Shown here in pieces: positions 1 through 9,380 of a stretch of DNA of 20,000 bases; the first letter of the stretch is position 1; every line of letters begins with the position of its first letter. The notes beneath the pieces were generated by a model. The model was not told the origin of the DNA. It did not search any database and worked only from the letters and a program-made list of their open reading frames with translations. Source of the stretch: an uncultured virus (IMG/VR IMGVR_UViG_3300031853_000026) (lineage: Duplodnaviria; Heunggongvirae; Uroviricota; Caudoviricetes); the IMG/VR virus record IMGVR_UViG_3300031853_000026; one strand, 5' to 3'. The position numbers were made by a program, and so were the translations under genes.

Positions 1-1104
1 CTGTGTGAACTGCTGAGGCTGTTGTGTGAACTGATTTGCATTTCCTACCGGTACATTGGGCTGTACTTTAGCAGGATTTACAAAGGGATCTGCAGAACCT
101 TGAACAGGACCTCTCTGTGGAGTGGCTGTTGCACTGGGATCCGCTGCATAACCTTGACCGGCATCAAAAGCTGCGTTTAATCTTTTGAGCTCGTCCAACA
201 TTTCAGCATAATACTCCCTGTTGAAAAGGTTCCTCTGTCCAGGAGCTTTGGTCAACTCTTCCGGTTTGATATACTGACTTCCGATGAAGTTCTCTACCGG
301 GTTGTTTTCCATAAGAGCCCTGTCCTCCTCACTCATCTTTATTTCAATGGGTTGCTGAGCGATATTATGCGTTACAGTGATCTGATAACCAGTAGTCCTT
401 GTAACATTAAGCATAATGCTGCCCATTCTGCTATTCGGATCAAAATTATAGATGTTGTTCACCCAATCTTGATTACCTCCGTTTGTAGCAGAGATCTGGA
501 GAATGTTGTTCTGAACAGACTGAATCATTGCAGCTGAAGGAATTACGATCAACGCCGGATAGTTAGATTTAATAACATTCCTCATAGATGCGTCATATCG
601 AGATATAACGAATCCATTAAAGATCGTGTAATTCTTAGATCCAACACCTTTGTCTTTGTCTCGAAGCATCTTTTGCTCCTCAGGTGTTCTCTCGGCTGCT
701 TTCTTGTAACCGCCCATCTTTCGATAAAGATCATCCCATTCTTTAGAAACTTCTTTGTGAAGTGCAAGATCATCATTAGTCAACGGGCTGATAACCCTCT
801 GAGTTTGAGGATCGAAGATGTCATACGCGTAAGTCGGAAGAATCTTCTTCGTTACAAGATAAGAGTTCTCTCCATACTTCTTAGATACTTTGTACTGTTT
901 TACACCGTTCAAAAGAACGTAAGGCAAAGCACCATAGATCGGATTCGGCAAGGGGATCAACAGATAGCTACCGTGTTGGTTCGGATCAGCAAAGTGAACC
1001 ATTTCTACTCTTTTTCGGGAAGCTACATTGTTGTTGCCCTTCTGCTGAGACTGAACATCAAGTTGTCCGAGTCTGCTCATTACATCAAAAATTTTATCTG
1101 CCAT
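1..1104 (-). CDS. Probable T4 gp32-like single-stranded DNA-binding protein, partial (runs off the window edge), with a P/Q-rich C-terminal tail
   Basis: Hand translation from the ATG at 1104 (MADKIFDVMSRLGQLDVQSQQKGNNN...HGSYLLIPLPNPIYGALPYVLLNG...) stays open for 368 codons to base 1. It is absent from the ORF track because there is no stop in the window. The N-terminal layout resembles gp32, and it lies near topoisomerase II. The CDS is solid; the function is inferred. Confidence 0.55.
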   Translation of the reverse strand, partial: MADKIFDVMSRLGQLDVQSQQKGNNNVASRKRVEMVHFADPNQHGSYLLIPLPNPIYGALPYVLLNGVKQYKVSKKYGENSYLVTKKILPTYAYDIFDPQTQRVISPLTNDDLALHKEVSKEWDDLYRKMGGYKKAAERTPEEQKMLRDKDKGVGSKNYTIFNGFVISRYDASMRNVIKSNYPALIVIPSAAMIQSVQNNILQISATNGGNQDWVNNIYNFDPNSRMGSIMLNVTRTTGYQITVTHNIAQQPIEIKMSEEDRALMENNPVENFIGSQYIKPEELTKAPGQRNLFNREYYAEMLDELKRLNAAFDAGQGYAADPSATATPQRGPVQGSADPFVNPAKVQPNVPVGNANQFTQQPQQFTQ

Positions 1105-1201
1105 TTGTAGGTTGTGATAAATAAATTAAACAATAAATTATTTTTAAAGTGTATGAGAGGATTTCCTCTCGTATTTTCGTATTAGTAAGAAATTGACTAC
1201 C

Positions 1202-1735
1202 TTAAATTATTACTTTTTTTAATTTCAATACATCTAAATTGGTAAATGGACCTTCTTTCAGATTTATACCAACTTGTTGCATTGCCCAACCTAATCCGGT
1301 TAAATTATTATACTGATCCATATAAAGTCCAGAAGAGGGATCGATCATATTGATTTTTGGAAGATAGAGTCTATGTTCTGATTCGTCATATTCTCCGTAG
1401 CCTTTGATCAATAAATCATCAGCTTTATTCAATTTCTCCTCATCAACATAACGTCCATTGAATTGAACTTTATCATTTATTCGGATTATGTATGGTTGGA
1501 TTTCTATTTTGTCAAAATTAAAAAATACTCTTGAAATTACCTTGTTTCCATTATCCACTAATTGTAACAAATTTACAAATGGATAATCAGTTTTCGTTAT
1601 GATTATTGTTTTATTTGTTACGTATTTGATCTGATCGGGATTGATAAATATCTGGGATTTACCTAGCGTAGTGCTAAGTAAATCACCGAGATATATCGAT
1701 TCGATAATAGAATCAAGACCGCTTAAATATACCAT
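1202..1735 (-). CDS. Hypothetical protein, 177 aa
   Basis: ORF starts 11 nt downstream of the topoisomerase gene on the same strand, with an A-rich leader. No motif recognised. Confidence 0.8.
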   Translation of the reverse strand: MVYLSGLDSIIESIYLGDLLSTTLGKSQIFINPDQIKYVTNKTIIITKTDYPFVNLLQLVDNGNKVISRVFFNFDKIEIQPYIIRINDKVQFNGRYVDEEKLNKADDLLIKGYGEYDESEHRLYLPKINMIDPSSGLYMDQYNNLTGLGWAMQQVGINLKEGPFTNLDVLKLKKVII

Positions 1736-1746
1736 GATTAAATATT

Positions 1747-3108
1747 TTACATTTGTTTGATAATATCCTCTGTAAATTTCACTGGATTAAATGCTCTTAA
1801 TGCAGTAAGTTTCTTTTGAAGTCTATTCAAAACTTCTGTATTTTCAGCATTTTGTCTTATTGTGAACAGGGACTTAGAACTGAGTGCTTTCAAGATTTCT
1901 GGTGTGAATCCAAGATTCTTTATAAGCTCTTCATCTGTTGCTTTCGGATTGACATTGAGAATGTAATTACTGAAGGCTGGAATGGCTTTCTGTACTGTTA
2001 TCGCAAATTCACATTCCACAATCTTTTTCTGATTGACTTTTGTTACAAGATCAATGTAGTTCTTGTAGACAATATCAATCCATCTTTTTAATGGAATTGT
2101 TTTTGCTGATTCCTCTGACGTTACTTTGAGCTCGTAATTGATTGTAGTATAGTACATTTCTTTTGCTAATGATACTACATCACTTACTGTAATTCCTCTT
2201 ACATCAGGTACTTTTCCCATAAATACTTTCGGGCCATCGATATCTGTAAGATCCAACTTAAAGATCTTTCCATCTTCAGATAATTTTTGGTACTTATCAT
2301 TCTTCCAGTTCGGAACAAATTTCCAAGTATCACCCTCAAACAATACTCCTTCAGATCTTCCATCAGGTCCTTTACATGGGGTTACGTTATAATAATACGT
2401 AATAGATCCCTTGCCCTTTTCCCAAATGTCCTTTAATTTGCTCTTAGCTTTGTCTATGTTAATATTAGAGTTAACTTCAAGTAAATTCGGATCATCATGA
2501 ATATAGGCTTGATACAAAGACCATGGACTAAATGACGGAATTATTGTTCTTACTGCAGAAAGTCCCATTACATCAGACTTCAAGCAACAGGATAATGGAA
2601 GTGGTAGCGGAATATATACTGGCTCTAATTCACCTGTTGGAGACTCTACCATAGGTACCTCTCTAATCAAATCTCCTAATATTTTATGATATACAGGAGA
2701 TAATGATATATGAAGATACCTCAGAGCTGCACAAGGATCCATTTCACCATCAGATATATTTATTCCACCAAATGCACCTTCACCTGAAAATACACCAGAA
2801 TGTACAAATAAAGCCATTGTACCATCAAGACCATCCACAGAGTGTGGGTGCCATCTTGACACAGACTTTACAAGACTCTCGGCTGGAGATAATGTTCCCT
2901 CTTTATACATCAATATAGCAGCCCATAACAATCTCCTATATGAATCTTTACATCCATCATAAAGAGTTGGTACAGCTCTGTGATTGATTGCATAACGACA
3001 GAAATCATCGTAGTTCTTGTAAACTAATTCTCCAACCGGTATATTCTCCGGTTCTCTCCAAGCAATTGGTGCTGGATTTGTAATTTTAATTTCTTTTTTT
3101 CTTGGCAT
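1747..3108 (-). CDS. Type IIA DNA topoisomerase, A (breakage-reunion) subunit, GyrA/ParC/T4 gp52-like, without C-terminal pinwheel
   Basis: Motifs RAVPTLYDGCKDSYRRLLWA (cf. RALPDxRDGLKPVxRR), WHPHS (YHPHG), GEGAFG (GQGNFG) and CAALRY (AAMRY, catalytic Tyr). The 453 aa length fits gp52. Confidence 0.92.
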   Translation of the reverse strand: MPRKKEIKITNPAPIAWREPENIPVGELVYKNYDDFCRYAINHRAVPTLYDGCKDSYRRLLWAAILMYKEGTLSPAESLVKSVSRWHPHSVDGLDGTMALFVHSGVFSGEGAFGGINISDGEMDPCAALRYLHISLSPVYHKILGDLIREVPMVESPTGELEPVYIPLPLPLSCCLKSDVMGLSAVRTIIPSFSPWSLYQAYIHDDPNLLEVNSNINIDKAKSKLKDIWEKGKGSITYYYNVTPCKGPDGRSEGVLFEGDTWKFVPNWKNDKYQKLSEDGKIFKLDLTDIDGPKVFMGKVPDVRGITVSDVVSLAKEMYYTTINYELKVTSEESAKTIPLKRWIDIVYKNYIDLVTKVNQKKIVECEFAITVQKAIPAFSNYILNVNPKATDEELIKNLGFTPEILKALSSKSLFTIRQNAENTEVLNRLQKKLTALRAFNPVKFTEDIIKQM

Positions 3109-3135
3109 AATAAAAATAATTTATTTGATAATTTG

Positions 3136-3151
3136 TCAGGTATAAGAAATT
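3136..3151 (-). promoter_or_regulatory. Putative promoter motif (AATTTCTTATACCTGA)
   Basis: Matches the recurrent consensus, about 28 nt upstream of the topoisomerase ATG. Confidence 0.6.
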
Positions 3152-3187
3152 CAACCCCTGCATATTATTGATTCAGTTAAAATGAAG

Positions 3188-3237
3188 AAAAAAAAAATAA
3201 CACACAACCTGAAATAAATCAAATTGTGTGTTATTTT
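3188..3237 (-). terminator. Intrinsic terminator
   Basis: 14-bp inverted repeat (3194-3207/3224-3237) followed by a T-run on the minus strand, after ORF 3268-3933. Confidence 0.8.
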
Positions 3238-3267
3238 AATGTTGTGTGTGTTGTTGTTGTGTTGTCG

Positions 3268-3933
3268 TTAGTTCATCGGAAGAGTTGCCGGACCGCCGAA
3301 GATACCGACGTCTTTAGTCTTCTCCCTCGCGGATTTTGCGAGGTTGTAGATGTTCTCAAAGTTGACGTCCTTGAGCTTGTCTAACTCGGCATCCGAAAGA
3401 ACCATTATTAGGCGTCTCTTTTCAAACCACGAGCGAACATCCTCCCGATTAATCTCAGTAAGATCGTGCTCAAATGCCTTGAATGGCAGGTAGCCCTTGT
3501 TCTGACCCTCCTGATCCAAAGACACTACTGGGTACGCCGTGATTACCTGAAGATTACCTGAGTTCTCGCTGTATTTAACCCAAATAGTTTTTGTGTATTT
3601 GAGGTTGTTACAGTTCGACCGCGAGGTGATCCAGTAGATACCAGGACGATTGCCCCACTTGACGAAGCGGGCTCTGTCGAGGTTCTTGATGTCTCCGGTG
3701 GAGTGTTCTTCCACTTCGAGAGGATCCGGAACCTCCAGGTAAAACCCTCTTTCCCTGCGAATTTTGGGTTTGCCCGTGTTAGGGTCGATGTCTGGGCCCT
3801 GGGTCTCAGGAATTGGTCCCTTGTTGTTGTAGTCTTCAAGGACCTTCTCTTTGACCCATTCTTCCGAAATTGAATTGTGAATTCTCGCCTTAACGGCGAT
3901 GTTTTTAACGGTGTATGTTTTTGTCTGTGCCAT
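3268..3933 (-). CDS. Hypothetical protein, 221 aa, GC-richer codon usage
   Basis: Standalone unit with its own promoter motif, leader hairpin and terminator. Confidence 0.85.
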   Translation of the reverse strand: MAQTKTYTVKNIAVKARIHNSISEEWVKEKVLEDYNNKGPIPETQGPDIDPNTGKPKIRRERGFYLEVPDPLEVEEHSTGDIKNLDRARFVKWGNRPGIYWITSRSNCNNLKYTKTIWVKYSENSGNLQVITAYPVVSLDQEGQNKGYLPFKAFEHDLTEINREDVRSWFEKRRLIMVLSDAELDKLKDVNFENIYNLAKSAREKTKDVGIFGGPATLPMN

Positions 3934-3977
3934 AATTTAAAAAAATTAGTTAATAAATAATTGTTATCTATTTTGAT

Positions 3978-4042
3978 AGCAAAGAAAAAGAAGAAGATAT
4001 AAACTTAAAATCGTTTATATCTTCTTCAATATTAAGGTTTTA
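3978..4042 (-). promoter_or_regulatory. Promoter motif plus overlapping leader hairpin and U-tract (attenuator-like)
   Basis: AAAACCTTAATATTGA, then a perfect 15-bp stem (3990-4004/4013-4027), then TTTTTCTTTGCT. Confidence 0.6.
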
Positions 4043-4050
4043 AGAGGTGT

Positions 4051-4086
4051 AAAAAAGAAGATGGACAGTTGCGCTTACTGTCCATC
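4051..4086 (-). terminator. Intrinsic terminator of the 5649-4143 operon
   Basis: Perfect 10-bp stem GATGGACAGT/ACTGTCCATC followed by TTCTTTTTT on the minus strand. Confidence 0.8.
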
Positions 4087-4142
4087 CAAAGAACCCGTCC
4101 GGTAAAAAACACATAAAAAACCGGTGAGGGTTGAGTTTCTTT

Positions 4143-4469
4143 TTAAAATCCTCCTACGCCAGCTCCAGTTCCTCCTATACTAGGTCCAGCAGGTGCTCCC
4201 ATTTCTATGGAAGCATTTGTTGAGGGTACTGTTACTTTCTTGCCATATAACTTTTTAATGGCACTAATATGTTCTGAATTAGGATTTCTATCTATGTATC
4301 TTTGTGCATCAGAAGCAGTTTGTACGAATCCCTGCTTTATAGCTGATCCCCATCCTTCGTGTTTCCTAGCATCCACCTGAATTGCTTTTTTAGCTGCCAT
4401 TAATTTCTGACCACCAAAGGGGTCAGTGGGGTCAAAAAATATTTTTCTTTTTAATCTGAAACTTCCCAT
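4143..4469 (-). CDS. Hypothetical protein, 108 aa, basic N-terminus and Gly-rich C-terminus
   Basis: Overlaps the end of the upstream gene and is followed by a terminator. Confidence 0.75.
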   Translation of the reverse strand: MGSFRLKRKIFFDPTDPFGGQKLMAAKKAIQVDARKHEGWGSAIKQGFVQTASDAQRYIDRNPNSEHISAIKKLYGKKVTVPSTNASIEMGAPAGPSIGGTGAGVGGF

Positions 4470-5059
4470 GATACTTTTTTCCTTTCTTTAAAGATCAAAC
4501 TTATTGCGTCTGTGAGAGTTTCACATGTAATAAACTGAAGCCACTTACTAGTCATTTCAGTTATTGTCCATACAATAGCTTTATTCAGATCTTCTTCAGA
4601 CATTTCAGTTGGTACATCTTCTGTGTAGTATTCTCTATTAAGTAGAACTGTACATCCCATGCCCTGAAAGAATGCCCTGAGTGCTTTGTAAAAAAGCCTA
4701 GAATTCATTCTTCCTACCGTGTCTGTTCTGTTATTGAATTCTTTATTTTTATATTTTTCAATTGCTACATCACTCCAGTTAGAATTTAACCTGCTATCAT
4801 AACAAACAATAAAGAAATTAACAATGTCAGTTAGATTCTTTATAGATACTGCATCAACAATCTTCTTCAAATTCATAAAGATCGGATTCTCTGGACTGAC
4901 TGTAGATAAAGCTGAATTGAACTCTGTATTAGAGATCTTTTCTGGTTGAGATTCATACTCACTTACATAGTTCTGTTGCTTGTATTCAATGTTCGGGAGG
5001 AGGAAAAATAACTTAATTTTCCACCAAATTTTACTAAACAAGTACTTTATTAATTCCAT
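4451..5059 (-). CDS. Hypothetical protein, 202 aa
   Basis: Operonic ORF with an A-rich leader. Confidence 0.8.
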   Translation of the reverse strand: MELIKYLFSKIWWKIKLFFLLPNIEYKQQNYVSEYESQPEKISNTEFNSALSTVSPENPIFMNLKKIVDAVSIKNLTDIVNFFIVCYDSRLNSNWSDVAIEKYKNKEFNNRTDTVGRMNSRLFYKALRAFFQGMGCTVLLNREYYTEDVPTEMSEEDLNKAIVWTITEMTSKWLQFITCETLTDAISLIFKERKKVSWEVSD

Positions 5060-5073
5060 TTTTAAATCTGATT

Positions 5074-5649
5074 TTATGAAGGTAATCCTGGATTAGATAA
5101 ATTATTTGTTTTGAATTTAGATAAGAAGCTTCCCATTGTAAGCAATATATCTTTCACGTTAGCTGTACCATTTAATAGGGGAACGTTGTATTTTTCACAA
5201 TATAACCTGATTTGTGAATACATCATGTGTTGTTCTCCACATCTAACAATTGCTTTTCCTGTTTTGAGATTTGTACCAAATTCAAGAATAGGAACAGGGG
5301 ATTTGCTTTTATTCATAATGTTAATAAACACTATATCAGCCATATCCTGCATCTGCATTCTCCATTGCATTGTTTGTACAAATTCTGGGTTATTCAGGTC
5401 TGGTGCTACTTGATTCTGAGGTGGTACATGAGGATTGAATATAACAAATCTCGTAGTCTTATACATTAACAATCCTTTTATCGGATCTGTTAATTGTACT
5501 ATTCCATTCTGAAATTTTGTTTGCCAATCATTATCTGATGAACCAAAATCCATTGTACCAGCTAGATATATTTTTAAGGCCTCTGTCGTCATCTGAGGTA
5601 GTTGATCACCTGGATACAAGACCATTATTCTATCGTTTAAATTTTGCAT
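5074..5649 (-). CDS. Nucleoside 2-deoxyribosyltransferase-like protein (Nuc_deoxyri_tr2-type)
   Basis: Motifs IYLAGTMD, DWQ, IFNP, QxxWxxxxxxxADIVF and SPVPILEFG (putative catalytic Glu). Confidence 0.8.
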   Translation of the reverse strand: MQNLNDRIMVLYPGDQLPQMTTEALKIYLAGTMDFGSSDNDWQTKFQNGIVQLTDPIKGLLMYKTTRFVIFNPHVPPQNQVAPDLNNPEFVQTMQWRMQMQDMADIVFINIMNKSKSPVPILEFGTNLKTGKAIVRCGEQHMMYSQIRLYCEKYNVPLLNGTANVKDILLTMGSFLSKFKTNNLSNPGLPS

Positions 5650-5673
5650 GATTTTAAATATTTTATTTTAACA

Positions 5674-5748
5674 TCAGATTTAAGGATTTTGTATTTATTA
5701 AAACACCTTTTTCGATATTTCACAAACCACTCAATACTTTATATTTGA
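5674..5748. promoter_or_regulatory. Divergent promoter pair
   Basis: Minus strand AAATCCTTAAATCTGA (5674-5689) and plus strand AATACTTTATATTTGA (5733-5748). The plus copy contains the Bacteroidota TAnnTTTG element. Confidence 0.6.
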
Positions 5749-5769
5749 TAATCAATAAAATATAAAATT

Positions 5770-6651
5770 ATGATACAGAAAATACCGATAATTTTCAGCA
5801 GAACGGATCTGAAGGTTGATACAAAGGTAAGTAAGAAAAATGACATTGGGGAATTCATATCAGTATTTAATAAACTGTATGAAAGCTCCGTTTACTACAC
5901 TTCTGATTTTCTTAATGTAATTGCTGCATTGGATTCTTTTTTGTGGGAATATGAAATGTGCGTTCAAAATAAAATTGATGTGGATGAATTTGAAAGAGAC
6001 ATTAAATTCTTAAATGAAGCACGTGTAAATGTTCCTGTTCCCTACAAAAGAAAAAATTTTGGATTGATAAAGAGAGTTGATGTAGATAATTCTGGTATAT
6101 TTCAGGAGTTCACAGTAGATGAATTATTCTACAAAGCTAGAGACGAAAAATCTGTAACTATATACCATTGTACATCTAAGTTAGGGAATATTAGCCTAAA
6201 CATAGAAACCTCCGGTACCTATACCTTAATAAAATCAGCTAAGACACTCATTGTGGACGAATCTGGAAAAAATCCATCTATTTATGTTGATTTTGTCAAG
6301 GATGCATTAGGCACTAAAGAAGAGCTCAGTAAATATATTCCTATATGGGATACATTGACTTACCCTGGTATCTATACTGGCTATATTGATTTTCTCAGAC
6401 AGATCAAGGATGATTCTTTCGATCCAAAAACAGCTGAAGTAGATTTGAATTTTTATGCAGATAAATTCAACAATGTCTTGAAATACCCAACAAGAATATA
6501 TAGGGGTGCTAAACTTTATCAGTACACATCTATTCTTTGTGAATTTATGTCGAAAGTAGTATGCCTCTGTAAAATTTCTATGGGAGATAAAGCACCAACT
6601 CCAACATTAGTTCTGAAAGATAATAAAGAATTTAGTTTCGAATGGAATTAA
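5770..6651 (+). CDS. Hypothetical protein, 293 aa (paralog family A)
   Basis: Long ORF with weak similarity to the next two genes. Confidence 0.85.
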   Translation: MIQKIPIIFSRTDLKVDTKVSKKNDIGEFISVFNKLYESSVYYTSDFLNVIAALDSFLWEYEMCVQNKIDVDEFERDIKFLNEARVNVPVPYKRKNFGLIKRVDVDNSGIFQEFTVDELFYKARDEKSVTIYHCTSKLGNISLNIETSGTYTLIKSAKTLIVDESGKNPSIYVDFVKDALGTKEELSKYIPIWDTLTYPGIYTGYIDFLRQIKDDSFDPKTAEVDLNFYADKFNNVLKYPTRIYRGAKLYQYTSILCEFMSKVVCLCKISMGDKAPTPTLVLKDNKEFSFEWN

Positions 6652-7523
6652 CTGATTCATACGTAATTAATTTTCCTAAGCCTGATGGTTTCGACAATAA
6701 ATCATTTTCCCCTCCGTTTCCAAGTAAGGAGGAAGGTATTAGAGAACTTTATAGAAGGTTCATATTAAATGTACTTCCAATATACGAAAAGATCTCACAG
6801 GATAACCCAGAAAAAAGAGTGAAGAATCATGTAATGAGAAATCTAGCTGACATATTTTACTCAAGGTGGGAACCTGAATACAATGGTAAAAATGGCGGTT
6901 TCTTGAAATGGTCTATGAGACAGTTTCCGGATAATTTATTCAGTGTAAAAGAATTCGGAGAAAATTCACATTACGAATACAATTACCTCGACTATTATAG
7001 TAACTGTATATTTGATCCCTTTTTCGATATACATAGTTTTTATGAAAGACATCAGTATTCTAAAGCAACCGGTACAAAACATTTCCTGTCTTTCATAGGA
7101 ATAGTTGATGATATCACAACAAAAATATTAATAAGAGAAGGATCCTCAACACCTAATGTAGAGATTACAAGCCCTAAGGGAGAAATACTTACTATATCTT
7201 CCAAGGAAGAATTTGATGAGATATGTAAGGGCATGTGTGATATGAATTGTGAGGCACAAACAAACTTATGTCTGAACTCAAAACTTCAAACGTGGGGTTT
7301 TAATACCGGAAGATTTCTTGATAGTATTCCGAGATCTTTTAAATTCAGTGAAGATGATCTTGAACTGATTAATAAGTTCCTCGGAGGGGGTGAAGATTCC
7401 CCAGTGTACACAAGCCTCTACTTGGATCGAATATTATCGAACCTGATAGCTATATCTCTTTATATTGATACAAAATTCATAATAACCGTAGAAAATAATA
7501 ACGTTAAATTAATACAAGTATGA
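6642..7523 (+). CDS. Hypothetical protein, 293 aa (paralog family A)
   Basis: Overlaps both neighbours; ISSKEEFDEIC resembles ISSNEEAQKIC of the next gene. Confidence 0.85.
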   Translation: MELTDSYVINFPKPDGFDNKSFSPPFPSKEEGIRELYRRFILNVLPIYEKISQDNPEKRVKNHVMRNLADIFYSRWEPEYNGKNGGFLKWSMRQFPDNLFSVKEFGENSHYEYNYLDYYSNCIFDPFFDIHSFYERHQYSKATGTKHFLSFIGIVDDITTKILIREGSSTPNVEITSPKGEILTISSKEEFDEICKGMCDMNCEAQTNLCLNSKLQTWGFNTGRFLDSIPRSFKFSEDDLELINKFLGGGEDSPVYTSLYLDRILSNLIAISLYIDTKFIITVENNNVKLIQV

Positions 7524-8257
7524 GTGTAAGTATAAAGCTCGACTTCTCTCTTAAAAAAGAGGAACGAAATAAAGAACTTCAGAGAATAATTTCTGATATG
7601 AATGATGACAGAAATCGAGATGATTACTTTTCTGCAAAGCATCATCTCGATTCTTTCGCAGTCGGTCATTTCAGCCCAAATTCATCTCGTAGTATTCGAT
7701 TTGATTACAAACGTGTTATCTCATCATTCGGAGTAGTTGGTCATAATCTGTTCCAAACACGAGATCTTGATTATAAGGTGAAATGGGACAACAAAACAAA
7801 GAGTGAAGTTATTACTTTTGTGGGTAAGCGCAATGATGTAACTCTTGTGATGAAGCTTACAAAAGAAAAAACATATTGCTCTAAGTTCGAAGCTTATTTG
7901 TGCGATGATTCAGGAGCTAATCCGATCTACTGTATCTCTTCTAATGAAGAAGCACAGAAAATCTGTAATACATATTGCAGACACGGATATGGAAGTACTA
8001 CTGAATTAAAGGAAAAGATCAATGACTTAGTTAAAGATCCTGTAAATCCTGTAAAAAAGGAGGGATTAGAGCAGTTTTTGGCTGATCTCTTCAATTACAG
8101 AATTCACGATTATGCACATCTTTTCAGAGAACAAATAGATCTCCTTCTAACATTCGTAGCGAGATCCGTATCATTGGATTATGACAGTGCTACGAGAACA
8201 ACGACAGCAAGAATAGAACTTCTCTCTAAAGAAAATATGAATTTAGCTCCAAAATAG
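7520..8257 (+). CDS. Hypothetical protein, 245 aa (paralog family A)
   Basis: ATGA overlap with the upstream gene. Confidence 0.85.
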   Translation: MSVSIKLDFSLKKEERNKELQRIISDMNDDRNRDDYFSAKHHLDSFAVGHFSPNSSRSIRFDYKRVISSFGVVGHNLFQTRDLDYKVKWDNKTKSEVITFVGKRNDVTLVMKLTKEKTYCSKFEAYLCDDSGANPIYCISSNEEAQKICNTYCRHGYGSTTELKEKINDLVKDPVNPVKKEGLEQFLADLFNYRIHDYAHLFREQIDLLLTFVARSVSLDYDSATRTTTARIELLSKENMNLAPK

Positions 8258-8259
8258 AA

Positions 8260-8361
8260 ATGGAAGAGGTAATATTTGCAGGAATAATAATAGTTCTTAT
8301 TGTAATTAACATCTTTAGAAGCAACAGAGATGGAAACTGCACTTTCAACCCAAACGACTGA
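8260..8361 (+). CDS. Small membrane peptide, 33 aa (MEEVIFAGIIIVLIVINIFRSNRDGNCTFNPND)
   Basis: Starts 2 nt after the upstream stop, fills the operon gap and has one hydrophobic helix. Below the ORF-track cutoff. Confidence 0.55.
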   Translation: MEEVIFAGIIIVLIVINIFRSNRDGNCTFNPND

Positions 8362-8659
8362 ATGGAAAATCTACAAAACATTCAAGTCTATTGTCGATTT
8401 CGAAATCGATTTCTCATTAAAGAAATCATTAAGAGAAATTGGTATCGTATTTGACGTAACAGATCAGGGACTTACAATGCTCTATAACACAGGAAGAATT
8501 AAGACCTTTAAGGTAAATAGCTCAATCAATAGTGGAAGTGTTGTTTGGTGGGATATGAACAACAATGAATTTGAAGTCCTCCCATCATTCACCAAAATGT
8601 ACTTCTCGAAGAACAAAAAAGAGCTTGGTTGGGCAAATATCGAATATATTGACGATTAA
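8330..8659 (+). CDS. Hypothetical protein, 109 aa
   Basis: Last ORF of the operon. Confidence 0.75.
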   Translation: METALSTQTTEWKIYKTFKSIVDFEIDFSLKKSLREIGIVFDVTDQGLTMLYNTGRIKTFKVNSSINSGSVVWWDMNNNEFEVLPSFTKMYFSKNKKELGWANIEYIDD

Positions 8660-8684
8660 GAAAAATACCGTCTAAAAAACGATA

Positions 8685-8763
8685 TAAACCTTAAATATGT
8701 ATTAATTAAAATAAATTAATCAGAATATAAACGTAAAAATTTATATTCTGATTTTTTCTTTTT
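8685..8763 (+). promoter_or_regulatory. Promoter motif plus leader hairpin and U-tract
   Basis: TAAACCTTAAATATGT, then a 14-bp stem (8718-8731/8740-8753), then a T-rich tract. It may also terminate the upstream operon. Confidence 0.55.
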
Positions 8764-8875
8764 GAAAATTCATACCCTGCATCTCCAGGGTTAATATATT
8801 ATCATCAACACCGATGAGATTGAGTTCCCGGATGGGAATCAGGTGCTGATAAAAACCTTAAAAAACATAAAAAAA

Positions 8876-9352
8876 ATGGCAACACTTGAAAACAACAACG
8901 ATCAGAATCAGATGGATTTCGACATGCAGCTCGCTGTCACCAAGGAGCAGAACCGCCACGAGGAAGAAATGGCAAGAATCAACGCATGCAACTCTCAAGA
9001 GGATCGAAAGATCACTCTCGACGAGAAACGCGTCGATTCCGACATCGAAGAAGCGAAGGTAAGGATCAAAGCCACCGAGGCTAAGATCGCAGCTGACAAG
9101 GCGGAAAACGACTCCGCTCTCGCAGTAAGGAAAACGGGAATGGCCCTCTTGGGTCAACTCGTAGGTCTGGCCGAGAAGGCCCTTGATCTCAAGTTGAAGC
9201 AGGAAGAGATCCGCTTTAACTTCAACAAGGCCTACGACGCCTTCCGCTCGGGAGCGGACGTAGAGATCGGCGACATAAAGCTGACTCACCCTACCACCGT
9301 CACCTCTGACACTACAGTTGGCAAGACCGCTCAAGGTCCGTCACTGAAGTAG
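8876..9352 (+). CDS. Hypothetical coiled-coil protein, 158 aa, GC-richer codons
   Basis: The ATG at 8876 follows the AAAAAACATAAAAAAA leader and is a better start than the GTG at 8843. Charged helical sequence. Confidence 0.8.
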   Translation: MATLENNNDQNQMDFDMQLAVTKEQNRHEEEMARINACNSQEDRKITLDEKRVDSDIEEAKVRIKATEAKIAADKAENDSALAVRKTGMALLGQLVGLAEKALDLKLKQEEIRFNFNKAYDAFRSGADVEIGDIKLTHPTTVTSDTTVGKTAQGPSLK

Positions 9353-9380
9353 TGTAGTAACCTGATCGCACCACATTTTT

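Noticed and set aside
352..1110. ORF-track entries 352-537(+), 582-776(-) and 673-1110(+)
   Set aside because: They are shadows of the real minus-strand CDS 1-1104.
3239..3266. GTT/GT microsatellite-like tract; possible CRISPR or other repeat array
   Set aside because: It is a short low-complexity 3' UTR. No regularly spaced direct repeats were seen anywhere in the window.
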